From Candidatus Hermodarchaeota archaeon (GTDB taxonomy: Archaea; Asgardarchaeota; Thorarchaeia; Thorarchaeales; Thorarchaeaceae), in the NCBI GenBank assembly GCA_048885865.1, contig JBHLLF010000001.1, forward strand, positions 141,676-205,675: a stretch of DNA of 64,000 bases, in the 5' to 3' direction. A model generated the notes under the pieces. It saw only the letters and a program-made list of their open reading frames with translations. It ran no database searches and was not told where the DNA came from. The stretch's first letter is position 1; each line of letters opens with the position of its first letter. Of the stretch, positions 59,120 through 64,000 are shown piece by piece. The position numbers and the translations under genes were made by a program.

Positions 59120-60583
59120 CTATTCCTCAATGTTTGCGAGATTCCTAGCAAGCTTCTTCTTCTTCTCGATGTTGCTGAGTCTGCTAATCATGATCCTCTG
59201 TGCCTGGGGAGACCCAGCTCCATGCATTGATTCAGTTAGATATCCCACAGCAGCTCTACCCAAGGTGAGATTCTCAATCAATCGCAGCATCTTGATTCTG
59301 TCCTCAGTGCTGACATTCTCGGCTCCACCAAGATACCTGTCAATTATCTCACGAGTTTCAGGATTGCTCATCTCTTTGGCACTGGGGCATGTAACAAATA
59401 GGCCCCCTGCGATATCCTGCAAAAGCCTTGAGATTTCATATGGGAATCTTGTGACATTCTGCTTACACACATTTGCCAGAAGAATATCAACTAGATAGTT
59501 GCCTGCTGGAGTCTGCTCCCCTGCGGCGGAACATGCAATGCCGCAAGAGAATAGCGTTTCGTTGAGATGGGTCATCTCCGTTATCTTATCACGGATATGA
59601 GAGGCTTTTGGAACGCCATTATATTCAGCAATACTGGCTGCTGCTCCAATGAGAACGTCGCCAACTCCAACTTTGCATCCACCATAGCTCTGCCGGTGAT
59701 AGGCTGCAAATGACTCGACTAATCTTCCGCAGAATTCACTTTCACCATTCATGAAGATGCGTTCATCAGGCACAAAGACATCATCAAAGACAATCAAACA
59801 TTCCTGACCGCCGTAGACTGGATTCCCACAGTCGATATCACCAGCTTCAGTTTCATCAAGTCTTCGAAGATCACAGGACTGTCGACCATAGAAGTATGTT
59901 ATTCCTTCAGCGTCTGCAGGAACGGCACAGCAGATGGCATAGTCTTTGTCTTCGTTTCTCATGGCTAATGTGGGCATAATGAGATGCTCGTGTGAGTTCA
60001 CAGCCCCTGTCTGATGAGCCTTTGCTCCTCGTATCACCACACCATCTTCTCGTCTTTCAACTACATGAACATAGACATCAGGATTCCTTTGTTCAGAAGG
60101 CCGTTTGCTTCTATCACCCTTTGGATCCGTCATACAACCATCAATAACGAGATCCTGAGCTTCAGCCATCTTCGCATATTCGATGAATCTCTGATGATAA
60201 TCCGTACCAAGCTTCTCATCAATCTCATATGTTGTTAGATAGACGGCATTCAAAGCATCCATTCCAACGCAACGCTGAAAACAGGTTCCAGACTTCTGAC
60301 CAAGCACACGCAGCATTTTTACCTTGTTCTGAAGGTCCTCCGTGCTACTGTGCAAATGACAGAATCGATTGATAGTTTCACCGGTCAAGACAGATTTTGT
60401 TTTCATTAGTTCTCCATTTGCTGCGTCATGTGCTAAGTCATACGTGAGAGCGACAGAATTGATTGAAGATTTGATAATAGGGTGTTCGGTCGGATCCTCA
60501 ATTTGCTCACCAAGATAATACACCTTGAGCGGTTTCCTCTTCTTGAGGCTGGCTCTATACTCTTCGCCGGTCATTAGTCCCAT
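59120..60583 (-). CDS. abfD: 4-hydroxybutyryl-CoA dehydratase / vinylacetyl-CoA isomerase
   Basis: CFQRCVGMD, TDPKGDRS, GAKAHQTG, HRQSYGGCK, ESMHGAGSPQAQR. Confidence 0.93.
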   Translation of the reverse strand: MGLMTGEEYRASLKKRKPLKVYYLGEQIEDPTEHPIIKSSINSVALTYDLAHDAANGELMKTKSVLTGETINRFCHLHSSTEDLQNKVKMLRVLGQKSGTCFQRCVGMDALNAVYLTTYEIDEKLGTDYHQRFIEYAKMAEAQDLVIDGCMTDPKGDRSKRPSEQRNPDVYVHVVERREDGVVIRGAKAHQTGAVNSHEHLIMPTLAMRNEDKDYAICCAVPADAEGITYFYGRQSCDLRRLDETEAGDIDCGNPVYGGQECLIVFDDVFVPDERIFMNGESEFCGRLVESFAAYHRQSYGGCKVGVGDVLIGAAASIAEYNGVPKASHIRDKITEMTHLNETLFSCGIACSAAGEQTPAGNYLVDILLANVCKQNVTRFPYEISRLLQDIAGGLFVTCPSAKEMSNPETREIIDRYLGGAENVSTEDRIKMLRLIENLTLGRAAVGYLTESMHGAGSPQAQRIMISRLSNIEKKKKLARNLANIEE

Positions 60584-60762
60584 GAAGCATTTCTCCTGAT
60601 TAACTGGTTTCTGCTATATCATTTCTCAACCTTAAGAGGTCTATTATTGAGGTTGAGGTATAGTGAAATCAGCTGGATCCTTCCGTTGAATGTGACTGAA
60701 AATGGTCTGAAGTTACAGCCACTAACAGATGTTCATCCATTACAGTGCAAAAAGGAAGAAAT

Positions 60763-60790
60763 GATGGGCAACTCCTGAGGAGCTCCCATC
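60763..60790 (-). terminator. Hairpin downstream of SSB-like paralogue 2
   Basis: GATGGG..CTCCT-G-AGGAG..CCCATC followed by a T-rich tract on the minus strand. Confidence 0.5.
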
Positions 60791-60818
60791 AAGATGCTAT
60801 TTGATGTGTTTCGAAGAA

Positions 60819-61355
60819 TTAGTATCGACGACGTCTGTCGCGATCGCGACCGCCACCATAGCCGCCGCCGCCGCCACGCCTATCTCTTCCGCCATAACCA
60901 CCACGTCGGTCGCCGCCATAGCCACCGCCGCCGTAGCCGCCGCCGCCTCTTCCACCGCCGTAGTCTCTACGACGTCGAAAGTCTTCATGCTCTTCAGCAG
61001 ACATGTCGTTGTCCATATTGACTTCTTCGATAGCTTCCTCTGCATCAGAAAGCTCACCATATTTGCCAATATTCAATCTTAGATTTCCTTTGAACAAGCC
61101 CGTGTACCCATTCTTCAAGAGGTAGGTCTTGTCAGCCTCGAGGGCATCGATAGTGTCGTCCCATAGAGGAACCGCTACCGTACCGGTGCTGTCTCCAACA
61201 ATCGCATCTAGGACGCGGTGTGTGGTCATATCACGGCGGGATGAAACCTCGCGCTCTTCGCCTTTCTCTAAAACTTTGAAGGTGATGGTGATGTTCTTCA
61301 TTCTTGGCCGAAGTTCGGCAACTGTAGCCTCAATCGGCTCTCTTTCGTAACTCAT
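60819..61355 (-). CDS. Single OB-fold SSB-like protein with RGG/YGG tail (paralogue 2)
   Basis: Colinear with 43228..43725; tail GGGYGG/RDRR repeats. Confidence 0.88.
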   Translation of the reverse strand: MSYEREPIEATVAELRPRMKNITITFKVLEKGEEREVSSRRDMTTHRVLDAIVGDSTGTVAVPLWDDTIDALEADKTYLLKNGYTGLFKGNLRLNIGKYGELSDAEEAIEEVNMDNDMSAEEHEDFRRRRDYGGGRGGGGYGGGGYGGDRRGGYGGRDRRGGGGGYGGGRDRDRRRRY

Positions 61356-61511
61356 AGTGAATACTCTCGTATCTATTGCAGGACGGTCAAAACAAGCGTG
61401 TTCCTCGGTGATGTGCGATTCGGGTTATACCCCTCTCTCTAGACCACGTATCAGAATTGCGCCTAGTAGTCGGTGTACCTGCACTCCAGAGTCCAGAGCG
61501 TTTGCTTATTA
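61356..61511 (-). promoter_or_regulatory. TATA box plus ~130-nt structured 5' leader of SSB-like paralogue 2
   Basis: ATAATAAG then GGAGTGCAGGTA...GTTTTG..CCTGC..AGAGT. Confidence 0.6.
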
Positions 61512-61539
61512 TCTTGTTCATTGCGCTGATTTTAACGCG

Positions 61540-61986
61540 CTAGTAGCACTTACAAAACTCTCGCAGCTCATCGACTTGGCGTTTTTGAAGCTGAGCCAGG
61601 TATTCAAGGAGTTGACTGATGAGTGATGACTTGGCTCGAGTTGCCAGTTTCAGATAAAGTGTATATGTCTTGATGCTCCTTTCCAGAACTTGATTACAGA
61701 CATAGATTCTTGGATCTGTTTCAGCTCGAGATGGATCAAATGGAGTTGGATCAGGAACAGTGTCATCAGATGCATTGAGTTCCTCCAACTCATCAACTAT
61801 TCCTGTCACCATCATATGTTGTATCTTGTCAATCATTCTTGATTCAGATTCGACGAGATGCATCAGCAATGCCTTGACCTCTTCTATCTCAGACTCCTCA
61901 GCAATATTCTTGAAAAACTCGTACTGGGATTTCGCAGTCGATAAGGCGATTTTTAGCATAGGGCTTGTAGGATCTATGATGGTCAA
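61540..61986 (-). CDS. Ferritin/rubrerythrin-like protein (degenerate)
   Basis: Two helical-hairpin repeats (ALSTAKSQYEFF..LVESESR; VLERSIKTYTLY..LAQLQKR) lacking ExxH. Confidence 0.5.
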   Translation of the reverse strand: MTIIDPTSPMLKIALSTAKSQYEFFKNIAEESEIEEVKALLMHLVESESRMIDKIQHMMVTGIVDELEELNASDDTVPDPTPFDPSRAETDPRIYVCNQVLERSIKTYTLYLKLATRAKSSLISQLLEYLAQLQKRQVDELREFCKCY

Positions 61987-62103
61987 GGCTACCGAATATC
62001 CTCGACAAAACTCCGAAAATAGCCCTTCCTGTCATAGACTCGATACAAATAGATAATGAGACCATGTCCTCATACTGGTGATTGTTTTGCCATCATAAGG
62101 CAC

Positions 62104-62529
62104 CTATATCAGGAGCTGATTGTATCCCAAGTCCTTTAGCACTTCAACATAAACAGCCTCGAGTGGCTTGATCTTGCCAATCAGACCCAAGGCTTTCGGC
62201 ACAGATCCTTTGAGTTTTACATCGCCTTTGGCGATTGCTACCGAAGTTCTCAATTTGCCCTGCCAGAACTTGTTTGTAACATCTGACTTGCTAGAAACAA
62301 CAATGTCAGGCTCTTCAGTTCCTGGTTCGAATGTCAAGGTACCAATTTGCCCATCAGGTCCTTCGTTTTTGAAGTCGATGACCATTGTGACATCAGGCTG
62401 GGTCACATCGAATCTCACGAGGATCCGTGACTCAAGGAGCTTGTCATAGACGTCTTGAATCTTGATTGCTCGAGACCAGAATGTTTCAAAGACTTGGATA
62501 TATTGCTCTTTGCTTTCAAAGAATGTCAA
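62104..62529 (-). CDS. SCP2 sterol/lipid-binding domain protein
   Basis: PDIVV...FWQGKL...AIAKGDVKLKG..KAL. Confidence 0.85.
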   Translation of the reverse strand: MTFFESKEQYIQVFETFWSRAIKIQDVYDKLLESRILVRFDVTQPDVTMVIDFKNEGPDGQIGTLTFEPGTEEPDIVVSSKSDVTNKFWQGKLRTSVAIAKGDVKLKGSVPKALGLIGKIKPLEAVYVEVLKDLGYNQLLI

Positions 62530-64000
62530 TGCTTCACTTCCTGGTTTGTGTCTGTTGTACCTGAGATATAGTGGGATGAATCAGAGACCCCATTCGGGTC
62601 AAAGGTTGATTTAATCCTTCTGAGCCATCTTGGATAGTCCATGGTTCGTGGCCCAAAATACTCATGGACTGAATCGCCCACTACAAAGAAAGGCATGCCT
62701 AGGGCGTTCTTCAAGTCCACTTCATTGCACTCATCCTGATATTCTGCGTAGCCTAGGCATGACTCCTTGGATGCGGCATCATAGACTGTTGGGACCTCCT
62801 GATGGGCCATGTGGCCAGCTTCATAACCTGTAATCCAGACACCTTCCCCACGGTCATCTCCTATAACACCCTTCTCGATGTATTTGTCCTTGATTGGTTG
62901 GTTAATCTGTGATATTCTCACAGCCAACGCGATAGTGTCCATTCCTCCGTGAGTGCTCTGGAAGCAGTTAGAGAACCTGAATGCATGTCCACCAAGCATA
63001 TTCCTGATTGACTCCGCATAGTGGGACGATCTTGGAGAAACGAGTCCTTCTTCAATGAGGTCCTCACCACCGTACTTCTCCATTATCGCTCTCATCAGCT
63101 TGAGTCGATAGTTGTACTCTCTCTCAGTGTGGGCTGCAATGAGTACAATGAAGTATCTCTTGGTTCGCTCAAGGAGCCCTTGAGCGAAGATTGTCTCAAT
63201 GGCTTCCATCTTGGTATCCGTGAAGAGAGCCGCAAGCCCTTCAGCCGAAGAGGCCGTAGCCATCATGACTGCATCAGAGGCATTGACTTCGTAGAATGCA
63301 CCTTCGAAGGATTCCCAATCTTGAAAGTTGAGCGCGAGTAATTTCCAGTATGGTGGGACCTCCCACTCGTAATGAGGAATTGTTCCTGTCATTTTCCATT
63401 CCCAGTCTTTAGGGGCAGGGAACGAAAACAGTCTGATTGCAGCTTTTGTAAAGACACCAAGCCCTCCATATGCACCTAGCCATCCTCTGATCACTCCTCG
63501 GAGACTGAATCCAGGACCATCTCCTGTGAACCATTTTCCTGTGTGATCATGGGAACCTAATCGCAACAGGTTTCCTGTTGGAGCTACCCACTCTGCACCC
63601 AGAAGATTTCGCCCGCTGAATCCTGTATAAGGAGAGGTGAATCCTGGCCCCACGAATGAGGTATGACTGGCTAGCGGAGAGGTCTGTGGGCCAGCACCTT
63701 GTGCATGATGCATGAGACCGTGCTGGAATAACTCGGATTGCAGCTCTGCATTTGTCACGTATGGCTCGATGACGGCATACATATTTTGCGGGTCTACCTC
63801 AATGACTCTATTCATCCTTCGCAGGTCGATCTGAATCGCCCTCTCCTTCGAGACCCCCGCCCATGGCCCCATTCCCGTGCTGTAAGCTTTGAATGTCACA
63901 GCATGTTCATTGCAGATCTTTACTATCGACTGAACTTCTTCGGTCGTCTTTGGGAGGACAACTGCATCAGGTCTTGTGCCGAACCTAGAGGGTTCTTCTC
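62526..64000 (-). CDS. FAD-binding oxidoreductase, VAO/PCMH family (5' partial)
   Basis: PDAVVLPKTTEEV upstream of the ORF-track start, IDLRRMNR, GGLGVFTK, IKSTFDPNG. Confidence 0.88.
   Translation of the reverse strand, partial: EEPSRFGTRPDAVVLPKTTEEVQSIVKICNEHAVTFKAYSTGMGPWAGVSKERAIQIDLRRMNRVIEVDPQNMYAVIEPYVTNAELQSELFQHGLMHHAQGAGPQTSPLASHTSFVGPGFTSPYTGFSGRNLLGAEWVAPTGNLLRLGSHDHTGKWFTGDGPGFSLRGVIRGWLGAYGGLGVFTKAAIRLFSFPAPKDWEWKMTGTIPHYEWEVPPYWKLLALNFQDWESFEGAFYEVNASDAVMMATASSAEGLAALFTDTKMEAIETIFAQGLLERTKRYFIVLIAAHTEREYNYRLKLMRAIMEKYGGEDLIEEGLVSPRSSHYAESIRNMLGGHAFRFSNCFQSTHGGMDTIALAVRISQINQPIKDKYIEKGVIGDDRGEGVWITGYEAGHMAHQEVPTVYDAASKESCLGYAEYQDECNEVDLKNALGMPFFVVGDSVHEYFGPRTMDYPRWLRRIKSTFDPNGVSDSSHYISGTTDTNQEVKH

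Noticed and set aside
60794-61082. Poly-Ala and Arg/His-rich alternative-frame ORFs (also 43203-43508, 13571-13826)
   Set aside because: Shadow frames of Gly-rich GGC repeats in real genes

Overview
Gene-dense archaeal chromosomal segment, most consistent with an Asgard archaeon, probably Thorarchaeota. This is an inference from a stand-alone gelsolin-domain gene, IDLSPL-type LRRs, cofE, single-OB SSB-like genes, BRE/TATA promoters and GAGGTGA ribosome-binding sites. There are about 60 CDS, mostly scavenging and housekeeping enzymes (amidohydrolases, ade, D-aminoacylase, AstE/AspA-family pair, abfD, dinB, sfsA, trmO), transporters and regulators. No rRNA, tRNA, CRISPR array or transposase was recognised. 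The strongest unexplained signal is in the apparent gap at 44.5-45.15 kb. It holds a tandem array of three small basic peptide genes (47, 34 and 32 aa), all below the ORF-track cutoff. The first two sit in duplicated units, each with BRE/TATA, a perfect palindromic operator GTAATA-C-TATTAC, a structurally conserved 5' hairpin and a strong SD, and synonymous substitutions support coding. A second signal is a conserved structured 5' leader shared by two OB-fold/RGG-tail paralogues 17.6 kb apart. Other oddities are a PAS histidine kinase with a C-terminal CxxC thioredoxin-like domain, a membrane B-box zinc-finger gene pair, a very long His/Asp-repeat NfeD-like partner of flotillin with a structured intergenic leader, a VWA protein with an AAA-lid-like N-terminus, and an orphan EutA. 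All calls come from reading motifs; no searches were run.
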